A stretch of DNA of 64,000 nucleotides from a virus (taxonomy: Duplodnaviria > Caudoviricetes). Of this stretch, positions 44,774 to 53,147 are shown piece by piece (positions within the stretch are counted from its first letter, which is position 1; every line of letters starts with the position of its first letter). The notes under the pieces are model-generated. The model worked only from the letters and a program-made list of their open reading frames with translations. It was not told where the DNA came from and ran no database searches. The DNA lies in the IMG/VR virus record IMGVR_UViG_2915597211_000007, positions 4,560 through 68,559 of that record; one strand, given 5' to 3'. Position numbers and translations under genes: made by a program.

Positions 44774-45211
44774 CTAAACCGCCTCCATCATCGTTTTATT
44801 TGGACTTGCGTCTTGCCCGTTCCCACTCCGCATTCCCACCGTCAGCTTCCGCCACTTCCCGTCAATCGCGCCAGCAGACGCCCAGTACTCGGTCTGCCCC
44901 GTGCACTCAACGAGATAGCACGCGTCGTCGAGCACGCCGATCATATAGTCGATATCGTCCGGTCCGTACACCTCGCCGCTATTCCGCGTTCCGTTCAGGA
45001 CGTAATAGCCGCCGCCTTCTCCGCCTTTATCCGCGCGGAACCTAAGCGATTTCACTTGGAACGTTTGCCACTCGCCCGTCTCCGGCTCTTTCGCGACGAT
45101 ATCGTAAACTTCCGCTGCGACCGGATCGGCAACCTCGTAGCCTGCCGCATGTAGCGCCGTCATGGCGACGAGCTCCGCATGGGTTCCGATGTTACTCGTA
45201 TGGTTCGCCAT
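44774..45211 (-). CDS. Free-standing PD-(D/E)XK endonuclease (homing-endonuclease-like)
   Basis: IGTHAELVAM..L...GYEV..P...YDIV...FQVKS. Confidence 0.7.
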   Translation of the reverse strand: MANHTSNIGTHAELVAMTALHAAGYEVADPVAAEVYDIVAKEPETGEWQTFQVKSLRFRADKGGEGGGYYVLNGTRNSGEVYGPDDIDYMIGVLDDACYLVECTGQTEYWASAGAIDGKWRKLTVGMRSGNGQDASPNKTMMEAV

Positions 45212-45229
45212 TCGTCCGCCCCCTTTCGC

Positions 45230-46015
45230 CTAAAACGGCAAGTCTTCGTCGCTGATTTCGGTAGGTGCGCCGGTAGGTTCGGATGAGTCCGGAGTGGTTC
45301 CGGAAGATCGCGCGCCAAGCACCGATTTATCGAGTTTCGCCTCGTCCCAAGCCTTCTCGATGATTTCGCGGAGGTCACTTTCGTCACGGAAATTTGCGAG
45401 CTCTGCGTAGTCAATCTCGGCACTTCCGATGAACGTTGCGGCCGCTTGAATAACTTCGGGGGTCGCGTCACCCGACTGTAGGGAGTACGACTTACCATCG
45501 GATGTCTTCCCGATAATGACCGCGTCCCCAACGACGCTGTAATCAGGACGGAATTTCTTTGCGGCCTTTTCGAGTTTGTCGTAATCGCCGATCAAATTAT
45601 TCGCGTGGAACTCTTTCGAGTCGAATACGCGCCAAGTCCCGTACTGCGGATCAAACAACGGAATCATGAAGTATAGTTTGCGCTTGGCCTTCGCCTTGCA
45701 CGAAATGCACGCGGCTCCATTTGGCTTCGTGTACTTATCGAAGTCCTCGCCAACTTTTCGCGGGCTATGCAAGCACGAGTGTTTCTGATAGTAGCGATCA
45801 CGCGACGGATACTTTGCGCCGTCCTCATGCGTGTAGTAGAAGTACCACGCGTCAGGGTCCGCGAGCATAACGAATGTCTTTCCGTCAGCCATTTCGGATG
45901 CCTTTACATAGCGCGTCACTCCTTCCGGTAAGCCCGCGTTAATGCCTCCGCCTGCTCCTTGTGCCGCCTTGTCGCGTGCCTCTTCGCGTTCTTTCAGCTT
46001 GTTTCGGATACTCAA
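45230..46015 (-). CDS. Putative phage single-stranded DNA-binding protein
   Basis: HSC..C..C cluster; acidic C-terminal tail ending DEDLPF; probable TTG at 46015 after GGGAG. Confidence 0.7.
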   Translation of the reverse strand: MSIRNKLKEREEARDKAAQGAGGGINAGLPEGVTRYVKASEMADGKTFVMLADPDAWYFYYTHEDGAKYPSRDRYYQKHSCLHSPRKVGEDFDKYTKPNGAACISCKAKAKRKLYFMIPLFDPQYGTWRVFDSKEFHANNLIGDYDKLEKAAKKFRPDYSVVGDAVIIGKTSDGKSYSLQSGDATPEVIQAAATFIGSAEIDYAELANFRDESDLREIIEKAWDEAKLDKSVLGARSSGTTPDSSEPTGAPTEISDEDLPF

Positions 46016-46156
46016 TGCACATCGCTCCCTATACGATAATTTCGGACACCGGATGTTCCCGCGTCCGCGACGAACCAGTAACGTAATGGTACGCGCTACC
46101 GATCCGTTGCCGACGCGAGAGACGCAGGAATTACTCCGCGTTCTCACGCAAGGCTA

Positions 46157-46185
46157 TTGTAAATCTTTGGAATAAAATATAAGAT
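46157..46185 (+). promoter_or_regulatory. SigA-type promoter of the small plus-strand peptide gene
   Basis: TTGTAA-N17-TAAGAT. Confidence 0.6.
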
Positions 46186-46265
46186 ACAGTAGAAGGCGAG
46201 CTTTCTCCGCGGTCATGGGATTTTCCCGGACTGCCGCCGAAAGGCGAGAGAGGAGGTGGTCACGT

Positions 46266-46352
46266 ATGAAATGGCTGCGCCAACTACGTGACTCTGGCCT
46301 GCTGGACGCGGCGCGTCTGGTGCTGGAAGCCGTGGCCCTGTTCCTGCGCTAA
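46266..46352 (+). CDS. 28-aa amphipathic peptide, candidate type I toxin
   Basis: MKWLRQLRDSGLLDAARLVLEAVALFLR; GAGGAGGTG SD; structured leader; convergent with 46375-46587. Confidence 0.65.
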   Translation: MKWLRQLRDSGLLDAARLVLEAVALFLR

Positions 46353-46374
46353 CACAGGCAGGGGCGCAGGGCTC

Positions 46375-46587
46375 CTACTTCTTCTCCCCTACTAGCATCC
46401 TCACAATTACCACTACAGCACGAATCGGCCATAACAAGATGCAGCTTAGAAAATATAATTTGGTCAACGTATTTCTATCCTCTGTAAGCTCACCAAACAC
46501 TTTCCGTCTGAACGAATCTGTATCTACATCAGTCCTCGCGAAAGAAATTCCAATAAGCAAATACGCCACCAACCATATGATTAACAT
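46375..46587 (-). CDS. Small membrane protein
   Basis: Two hydrophobic segments; AT-rich. Confidence 0.65.
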   Translation of the reverse strand: MLIIWLVAYLLIGISFARTDVDTDSFRRKVFGELTEDRNTLTKLYFLSCILLWPIRAVVVIVRMLVGEKK

Positions 46588-46605
46588 CAGTTTCGCCTCC
46601 GTGCG

Positions 46606-47400
46606 TTAAATCGCGATTAATGCGGTTGCTACGTGTTTCTTTTGCTCGACCAAACTCGCCAGTTCTGCGTTAATTTCGTTCAAGTGCGTATCGAGTGCGT
46701 TAATCCGCGCCTGCAACGCCATTTTCTTCGCCAGACTCCGCGTGGAAACAAGCGCCAGCACCCGTTCAGCACGTTCGTACTCTAGCGCGGCTTTCTGTAA
46801 CGGGAGCGTTTTGTTGATTGCGCTGATTTTCCGTTCAAGTTTACGCATCTCCTTCGCTACGACATCGCGCACCTTATCCGAAATGATCGGCGGAAACTTT
46901 TTCGTGCTGTAATAAACCGTCCGGATCGTCTTCCGGTCAGTATCAACGCCAATCGCGATTCCTTTCGTTGCGTATACGTGTCCTTCGTTCGTGAGACTCC
47001 GTATATTTTCGACAACTACGTTGGACTCGCGGAACCGATCGTAAATCCATTGCGCAGCTCGTTCGCGTGGAACTCCGAAACGCTCAACGGCGCGGTCAAT
47101 CGCGTGCTTACGGATTGTGATTCCGTCAATTGCGACGTTCCCTTCGTTATCTGCGGTTTCCAGCGCACGTGTTTCGGTATCCTGCGCTACGTTAACGCGT
47201 CGGACACGTACAATCTTCGTTCGCTCTCCGGGACGCTCCGTATAGAAAAGAAAATTCTCGTACTGATACGCGTTACTTGATACGCGCACCGCCTTACGGA
47301 CATGTATATTGATCCATGAGTGCGCACGAGCTCGGTCGATTCCGGTTAGAGCGATAACATCCGCTTGAGCTTGCGGAGTTATGCGAAGTTTGTCAATCAT
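46606..47400 (-). CDS. Hypothetical protein with C-terminal coiled coil
   Basis: IRKHAIDRAVERF motif; no firm family. Confidence 0.7.
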   Translation of the reverse strand: MIDKLRITPQAQADVIALTGIDRARAHSWINIHVRKAVRVSSNAYQYENFLFYTERPGERTKIVRVRRVNVAQDTETRALETADNEGNVAIDGITIRKHAIDRAVERFGVPRERAAQWIYDRFRESNVVVENIRSLTNEGHVYATKGIAIGVDTDRKTIRTVYYSTKKFPPIISDKVRDVVAKEMRKLERKISAINKTLPLQKAALEYERAERVLALVSTRSLAKKMALQARINALDTHLNEINAELASLVEQKKHVATALIAI

Positions 47401-47567
47401 GCGAGTCTCACCGCCTTAACCGTCATCCGACGAGACAAGTAATCGGCTGCGTCTTCGTCCGGTTGGAATCCGTCGTCGTATTCGTGGATGGTTCGGCCAG
47501 TTGCGTTATATTCGTATGGAAAGCGTGTATACTTCGTTTGGTTATTGCGTACAATATCGTATGGCAT
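47397..47567 (-). CDS. Small hypothetical protein (56 aa)
   Basis: MPYDIVRNNQTKYTRFPYEYN...; GAGGTG SD; ATGA-coupled to the next gene. Confidence 0.6.
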   Translation of the reverse strand: MPYDIVRNNQTKYTRFPYEYNATGRTIHEYDDGFQPDEDAADYLSRRMTVKAVRLA

Positions 47568-47796
47568 CGTTATCACCTCGTGTAGTTTGCATAAATTTCG
47601 TATAATTTCCGTTGGTTAGCGCAACAATGTCCTTGACAAGGCAGTCCCAAAATTAGTAATATGTGATCGAAGTTATCTGACTTATAAAACGTCTTTTACT
47701 TAGACTATTTATTGTATTAAACTAATGACTTCGGATATAATTGTAGCGAGGTCGAGACTATGACGTATTGCCTAAACGCCATAGCCCGATCGTACA

Positions 47797-48414
47797 TCAT
47801 ACCGTGTAATAATTGCGTTGGTCCCCGAAACGATTGGCGTCGTATCTACGTGACAAATAGCGCAATTTATTCTTCACGGTTTTGTCAGACAATCCGAGCG
47901 ATTTGGCGATCGCGACGAAAGGTTGTCCGGCAAGAAACAATTTGACAACTTTACATGTGATGTCATCGGTTCCGGTGACGAGAAAAGAGAGTAGTTCCCG
48001 CTGCTCTCTTTTCTTTTGTACCTCCACTACCATACCTTCGACATTTCCAGTGAGAGAGAGACTCTCGTCCTCGACTTGAGATATTGGCGTATCTCCATCG
48101 TCAGGCGCGATATCTAATGTGCAATCTTCTCGAACTCTTGCTCGATTACGTCTCAAGTCCCTGATCCTGTTTCGAATACTTCTAGTGAGGAAGTTTTCAA
48201 AGTTCCCGATTGACGGGTCAAACTTATCGAGCGCATCCATTAATGTCTGATCGTAAACAGCCTGTACATCATGTTGTCCAGTGCGTGTAAACCGCTCGTC
48301 ATTTCGTCGTTTGGCTGGCGTCCATCCAACGCTGACTATTCGGTATATTTCCTCGAAAACCTCTTCGTTTCGTGAAGCCTGATAACTGACGACTAACTCG
48401 TTTATCCCGTTCAC
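47797..48414 (-). CDS. Phage RNA polymerase sigma factor (sigma-70 family, compact)
   Basis: Region 2 DALDKFDPSIGNFENFLTRSIRNRIRD; region 4 FVAIAKSLGLSDKTVKNKL. Confidence 0.88.
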   Translation of the reverse strand: MNGINELVVSYQASRNEEVFEEIYRIVSVGWTPAKRRNDERFTRTGQHDVQAVYDQTLMDALDKFDPSIGNFENFLTRSIRNRIRDLRRNRARVREDCTLDIAPDDGDTPISQVEDESLSLTGNVEGMVVEVQKKREQRELLSFLVTGTDDITCKVVKLFLAGQPFVAIAKSLGLSDKTVKNKLRYLSRRYDANRFGDQRNYYTV

Positions 48415-48433
48415 TTTTCGTCCTCCTTTGTCC

Positions 48434-48471
48434 TACACTTAGTTATACGCCGCAAATCAGTAGCCTCGGAA
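48434..48471 (-). promoter_or_regulatory. Conserved promoter-like motif, copy 1 (upstream of the sigma gene)
   Basis: TTCCGAGGCT-N10-GGCGTATAACTAAGTGTA; near-identical copy at 62659-62697. Confidence 0.65.
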
Positions 48472-48499
48472 AAGATTCGGAAGATTTTTCATAAAATAG

Positions 48500-48538
48500 T
48501 TTGGATGAACAGATTAAATCATTTTTAACACATCCAAA
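48500..48538. promoter_or_regulatory. Long-spaced inverted repeat, candidate RRNPP receptor operator
   Basis: TTTGGATG-N23-CATCCAAA between the propeptide terminator and the sigma gene. Confidence 0.5.
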
Positions 48539-48713
48539 ATATACGACTACCGATCCGGCATGATTAAATACTAACATTTAGGAATTTAGAAATCAGTACT
48601 GTATTGTCGTAATAATTTTGATTTTTTATTGCAAAAAATAACTTTTTCCCGATAATTCGACACTAACAACCTTATAACGACACAAATTAGATGGATACTG
48701 TTGTCTTTTAAAC

Positions 48714-48743
48714 AAAAAAAACCTGCGAAACTAAGTTCGCAGG
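48714..48743 (-). terminator. Intrinsic terminator after the receptor-propeptide operon
   Basis: CCTGCGAA-N6-TTCGCAGG-TTTTTTTT. Confidence 0.88.
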
Positions 48744-48786
48744 GAAGCTCCACACACTTTCAATTATTAGTGTTAACCACTTCGAA

Positions 48787-48906
48787 TTACATTAGAGAAT
48801 TTTCAACGGCAGCTTGTCCAGTTTCGATCGGTCCTGTTGGTTCGAGGATTATAGGGACAGATACTAAAAGTACTATGGCAACAAAAATTGTGAGTAATTT
48901 TTTCAC
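48787..48906 (-). CDS. Cognate secreted propeptide (AimP-like) containing GPIETG (39 aa)
   Basis: Manual translation MKKLLTIFVAIVLLVSVPIILEPT-GPIETG-QAAVENSLM; GGAGG SD and GTG start 17 nt after the receptor stop. Confidence 0.9.
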   Translation of the reverse strand: MKKLLTIFVAIVLLVSVPIILEPTGPIETGQAAVENSLM

Positions 48907-48922
48907 AAAAACGCACCTCCGT

Positions 48923-50227
48923 TCAATTATAGTAGCTCTCTAATAACTCGATTTCTGCTTTTTCTTCGTCAGTAACAAGGTGCCCGTACTTTGTTAGAAC
49001 TTTGATAAATAGAAGTGCCACGGTCACTAACTCATCATTTAATTGCTTGCCTCGTAATAATCTACAGCTTTCTAAAAGGTTAGTAATGATTTCTCGCGGA
49101 TCACCTCCAGTCGACAGTAGTATCGCAGCGACGTTTCTTTTGTGAAGTGCAACTTCATTCATAAATCTTATCGGGCACTCTTCGGATTGATTTAATTTCT
49201 CTACTAGTCGATTAGTTTCCTCTACTAGAAGTTGGGCTTTAACAATATCTCCACTTTGATATTCCATGAAAGCAAAGTCTGTTAAAATATTTAATCTCCC
49301 TAAATCATCTTTTGGCATTTCAGAAAGAACTAATTCCCAATTATCTCTTGCTTGGGAAAATTCTTTACTCAACCAAAGCGCTCTTGCCATACTAGCCTTA
49401 CTGTCTATCTGAATAGCACTCCCCAATTCCGAAAGCTCGTAACACTCCTGATACATTTCAAGTGCTTTATTGAAATTTTTCAACTGGCAATATATATGCC
49501 CAAGAGTGTTATGTAATCTCCATTTATCGTTTGAACTTGCGCCTGCACAGATTTTCCTCGCGGCTGCTCCAATTTCAACGCCCTTTGTATAGTTCCTTGT
49601 AAAATAACAACACATCATAAACTCAAGGAGCACCGTAAAACGTTGATTTAAATTTTTAAACTCATATCTTGATGTTATTTTCTTAAAGAGAGTTAATGCA
49701 ATTTGAAAGTTACGTTCATCTCGAGAAAATTTGTAAAACAAATCCAATTCTTCGAATACTTCTTTTTTTGATATTAAATCTAGTTGTAATGCTACAAAAT
49801 CGACCATCTTTTCGTGTCCCACGGTTTCGTTTATTGCAACCATTATCTTTAGTAGTAGTAACATTGATTTCATGTAGTAAAACTCTTTAGTCTTAGTATT
49901 AGTTGTTCGCTTAGCCAGTCGAAGAATTTTATAGATGACTAGTCTAGTGGAGTCATAATCTCTGATACTGAAAAAATGTAGAGCAAGTTCAAACAGTTCA
50001 TGCTTGTCATCTTGTGCTCGGAGGTACAAATCTCGAGACTCGAGAATGCTGAATTTGAGAATATCGGATAACAGAATTAGTGTTTCTGTTTTGGGAACGG
50101 TGTAGTTACGCTCAATAGATGCGTAATGACTTTTATTCATTCGTCTAGTGATTTCCACATCTTCTTGTTTAAGTCGCTTTATAACCCTTTTGTTCCGGAG
50201 AAAAAAACCTAGTGTTAAGGTAGTCAC
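48923..50227 (-). CDS. RRNPP-family peptide receptor (XRE-HTH plus TPR; arbitrium AimR-like role)
   Basis: N-terminal LGFFLRNKR...LKQEDV...HYASIERNYTVP HTH; TPR helices (LHNTLGHIYCQLKNFNKALEMYQECYE); adjacent propeptide; probable GTG at 50227 (track 50296). Confidence 0.88.
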   Translation of the reverse strand: MTTLTLGFFLRNKRVIKRLKQEDVEITRRMNKSHYASIERNYTVPKTETLILLSDILKFSILESRDLYLRAQDDKHELFELALHFFSIRDYDSTRLVIYKILRLAKRTTNTKTKEFYYMKSMLLLLKIMVAINETVGHEKMVDFVALQLDLISKKEVFEELDLFYKFSRDERNFQIALTLFKKITSRYEFKNLNQRFTVLLEFMMCCYFTRNYTKGVEIGAAARKICAGASSNDKWRLHNTLGHIYCQLKNFNKALEMYQECYELSELGSAIQIDSKASMARALWLSKEFSQARDNWELVLSEMPKDDLGRLNILTDFAFMEYQSGDIVKAQLLVEETNRLVEKLNQSEECPIRFMNEVALHKRNVAAILLSTGGDPREIITNLLESCRLLRGKQLNDELVTVALLFIKVLTKYGHLVTDEEKAEIELLESYYN

Positions 50228-50270
50228 TAACAATTTCCCCCATTCAGTATATCTTGGTGTCAATATCATA

Positions 50271-50288
50271 ATTCCTATATTTAGGAAT
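50271..50288. promoter_or_regulatory. Palindromic operator candidate in the divergent receptor/cro intergenic region
   Basis: ATTCCTA-TATT-TAGGAAT; ATTCCTATATTT repeated at 50343; ATTTAGGAAT also at 48576. Confidence 0.5.
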
Positions 50289-50412
50289 GTCAACATTAAT
50301 GAATGTGCATATTCAAAAATATAAAAATTTATACAAATTGGTATTCCTATATTTCCAAACAGGAATTTCTAAGATATAATTAAACTTAGTCCTACTATAG
50401 GAGGTTCTTATA

Positions 50413-50625
50413 ATGATCTTAAAGGTTAGGTTAAAAGAGGTATTGGAAGAACGTGGGCTGACACAGAAAGAGTTGTCTGCACTCACAGGTCTAAGGGAAA
50501 ACACAATATCAGAGCTGTCCAATAATATTCGTCAATCAATTAATGTAAAATACATTGGTATAATCGCAAAGAAATTGAACATTACCAATGTAAATGAAAT
50601 CTTATACTTTGAAGAAGACAGATAG
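50413..50625 (+). CDS. Cro/C1-type HTH regulator
   Basis: LKEVLEERGLTQKELSALTGLRENTISEL; divergent from the receptor; upstream TATAAT and GGAGG. Confidence 0.9.
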   Translation: MILKVRLKEVLEERGLTQKELSALTGLRENTISELSNNIRQSINVKYIGIIAKKLNITNVNEILYFEEDR

Positions 50626-51624
50626 TCTCACATGTCTAGCTTTATTTATATAAGCATCAACCAGTATTTTATCCTCGATGTCGTTCGGGTCCTTGTATCG
50701 CATCGGATACCCTGCGACCCTCACGTTCATATATGGCGCAAGCAACTCGATCGCCTTCCGCTTAAACTTCTGTCCCGCAGCGTCGTGATCCGCCATTATT
50801 ACGATTTCCTCTAGCGGACTCTTCCGGATAATCTCTGCTTTCTCTTCGGTGAACGCCGAGCTTCCGTTCGCAATCGCGTAACCTCCCGCCGTCATCACGT
50901 ACATTGCATCAATTTCCGCCTCCATGATAACCGCGCGGCGCACATTCTCTCGGTAGATCATGTTCATCCCGTAAATCATTTCGCGGATTGGCCGTCCGCC
51001 CTTCACGTACCAAAACGTTTTTTCTGCTATCCTCCGGAACTTTACGTTTCCTAGCGTCCCATCCGGTAAAAACCACGGAATGGTTATCGCACGCGACCGG
51101 CTACAATATCCCACACCCATCTTCCTCTGCACTTCCGGACTAATACCGCGCGACTCTAGGTACGGATGCCGTCGGTCGTACTCGCGTAAGATGTCCGCGT
51201 TAAGCGCCTGCCTACAGCGCTCAAGGCGGAGTGTATTCGAGAGGTCTAGCGTTAAGGCTTCTGGATCAGCTACGTAATCGCCGCCGTACTTGCAGTAAAG
51301 ATATTCGCGAGTCTCTTCCGTTGTCTCTTGGCGTAGAAACGAAAGTAGGCTAACGATGCCACCACGTGCGAATTTCTGGTCAGAAGAACCAGGGTCACCC
51401 CACGAACCGGCTTTTGCCGTTGGCGTATCCGTGAGATAGACGTAGAATGACGGAGTTCGGTCGAATCGGAACGGGCTGGCTGCGGTGAGTTTATCGTGGG
51501 CCCAGGTCGCGCGTTCCCAAATAAAATTTTCGAGTTCCTCTCTGACATCCACGTTCAAAGAATCCACATAACCACTCCATTCCCAACAATTTGAAATGTT
51601 AAACACTTTTTGATTAAACTGCAA
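50602..51624 (-). CDS. DNA primase (TOPRIM)
   Basis: YLESRGIS, VKFRRI, IMEAEIDAM and IMADHDAAG motifs; real start probably the GTG near 51568. Confidence 0.88.
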   Translation of the reverse strand: MQFNQKVFNISNCWEWSGYVDSLNVDVREELENFIWERATWAHDKLTAASPFRFDRTPSFYVYLTDTPTAKAGSWGDPGSSDQKFARGGIVSLLSFLRQETTEETREYLYCKYGGDYVADPEALTLDLSNTLRLERCRQALNADILREYDRRHPYLESRGISPEVQRKMGVGYCSRSRAITIPWFLPDGTLGNVKFRRIAEKTFWYVKGGRPIREMIYGMNMIYRENVRRAVIMEAEIDAMYVMTAGGYAIANGSSAFTEEKAEIIRKSPLEEIVIMADHDAAGQKFKRKAIELLAPYMNVRVAGYPMRYKDPNDIEDKILVDAYINKARHVRLSVFFKV

Positions 51625-52951
51625 ATTGTTCAGATGTCGCTATACCACTTGGCAACTCTTTCAGGACTCCGTGATCTAGCAGCGCGATTAACTCAATGAC
51701 CGTATCCTCCGCACCGTTCCTCCCTTTCTCTATGCCTAATAGCGCCTGCCCGTCCTGTTCTACACTATCGAACGCGAATAAAACGGTAGCAATATCGAGG
51801 AGCCGTTTCGTTGTTTTCACTTGATCGCGCGTAGGCAACTTTAATTCCCGCTGTCCCTCGTCCCGCGATTTTTTCTCGACGGTTGCCTGCACCGCGTATA
51901 TACCGACAACATCGTGCTCTCCAACGATCCGCTCGAACGTAGACGCCGCCTGTTCCGCCGCCCCTCCCGCAGTCTTATTCGCGTTGTTCCCGTACACATC
52001 CGTCAGTCCGTAAAACGGGTCGACGACTACCGCGTCAATGTCCGGTCGCTGCGCTAGTTCGCGTTCAAGGTCCTTCAATGTCCGTGTAAGCTCTCGGTCA
52101 CCTTTCGCCTGCAAAATGAGTTCTCCCGGATAGTATTCGTTTATGACGCCCAGCATTTCGAGGAAATAGCGTTCGGTATCCTCGTCAAGTTTTCCGGAAA
52201 GGATCGCTCGATTCGGTAGGCCCACCTTTCGCCCCAACTCGTCGACCGCAACCTCATCTCGCGCCGTCATAATCGATATCAGACGCGATACCCACAGATA
52301 CGCCTTCAACTCGTACGACTTGACGAGAACTTTCGCTCCCTGGCGTAATAGCTCGTCAATCAACGCGATTATCAAATAGGACTTGCCGCGCCCCGATTCC
52401 GCCATCACGCCGTAAATATCTCCGGAATACAATCCGCCTATCGCATCGTTAAGCGCATTAAATGGCGTCTTCCACAGTTTGAACGACTTGCCCTGCTTGC
52501 GCTTGAGGTACTCGTCGCGCATCTCCGTACGCAAATCGTCTAGTGTTCGTCCGATTCGCGTTTGTACAACGGTCCCCGCCGCAATCCCATCGAGCTTCCC
52601 GCGCACCCACTCCGCAAACTCTTCCGGCTTCATTGCACTAAACTTCTCGCCGAACTCGCGGCTGGTAAAGAACGCATGCTGACGGAACTTGGCGGAGTTC
52701 TCCTTCACCTTGCGGGCGAGCCATTCGAACGAGTCCGCCACCTCCGGCATGTACGTAAATCCCTTGATCTCGGCCGCGACCGTTCGATAGTCCGGAGCCC
52801 GTCCGTTCGCTTCCGCATATTCGCGGATAAACCGGAGCGCCTTCCGTTCGGCTTCCGTACCCATGTGCGATTCGTCGATGCCATAGCGCGTGAGGGCGGA
52901 CGGGTCGTTTGTGTCGATTACTTTCGATAATAGCGATTCTCCGTATGCCAT
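51614..52951 (-). CDS. DnaB-like replicative helicase
   Basis: GDIYGVMAESGRGKS Walker A; VVVDP; IEKGRNG. Confidence 0.9.
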   Translation of the reverse strand: MAYGESLLSKVIDTNDPSALTRYGIDESHMGTEAERKALRFIREYAEANGRAPDYRTVAAEIKGFTYMPEVADSFEWLARKVKENSAKFRQHAFFTSREFGEKFSAMKPEEFAEWVRGKLDGIAAGTVVQTRIGRTLDDLRTEMRDEYLKRKQGKSFKLWKTPFNALNDAIGGLYSGDIYGVMAESGRGKSYLIIALIDELLRQGAKVLVKSYELKAYLWVSRLISIMTARDEVAVDELGRKVGLPNRAILSGKLDEDTERYFLEMLGVINEYYPGELILQAKGDRELTRTLKDLERELAQRPDIDAVVVDPFYGLTDVYGNNANKTAGGAAEQAASTFERIVGEHDVVGIYAVQATVEKKSRDEGQRELKLPTRDQVKTTKRLLDIATVLFAFDSVEQDGQALLGIEKGRNGAEDTVIELIALLDHGVLKELPSGIATSEQFAV

Positions 52952-52973
52952 TCGTGATCACCTCCGCTGATAG

Positions 52974-52985
52974 GAACGTTTGTTC
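52974..52985. promoter_or_regulatory. LexA/DinR SOS box before the helicase gene
   Basis: GAAC-GTTT-GTTC between the -10 box and the SD. Confidence 0.7.
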
Positions 52986-52993
52986 TTATTTCG

Positions 52994-53023
52994 ATTGTAC
53001 AAGATATTTGTATAAACGTGCAA
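52994..53023 (-). promoter_or_regulatory. SigA-type promoter of the helicase-primase operon
   Basis: TTGCAC-N18-TACAAT on the minus strand. Confidence 0.6.
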
Positions 53024-53110
53024 CGGTACAAATTACTCATATCCTTTAATCTGATCATATCATCCTTTTTCGCGTTCACTTTTAATAAACTACAACTGAC
53101 TCACTATTGA

Positions 53111-53147
53111 GTTCTCATAATTCACTAATCAGATCAGTTATGAGAAC
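53111..53147. repeat. Perfect 10-bp inverted repeat with 17-nt spacer
   Basis: GTTCTCATAA-N17-TTATGAGAAC. Confidence 0.8.

Noticed and set aside
48701-48943. 80-aa plus-strand ORF
   Set aside because: Shadow of the receptor-linked propeptide and its terminator
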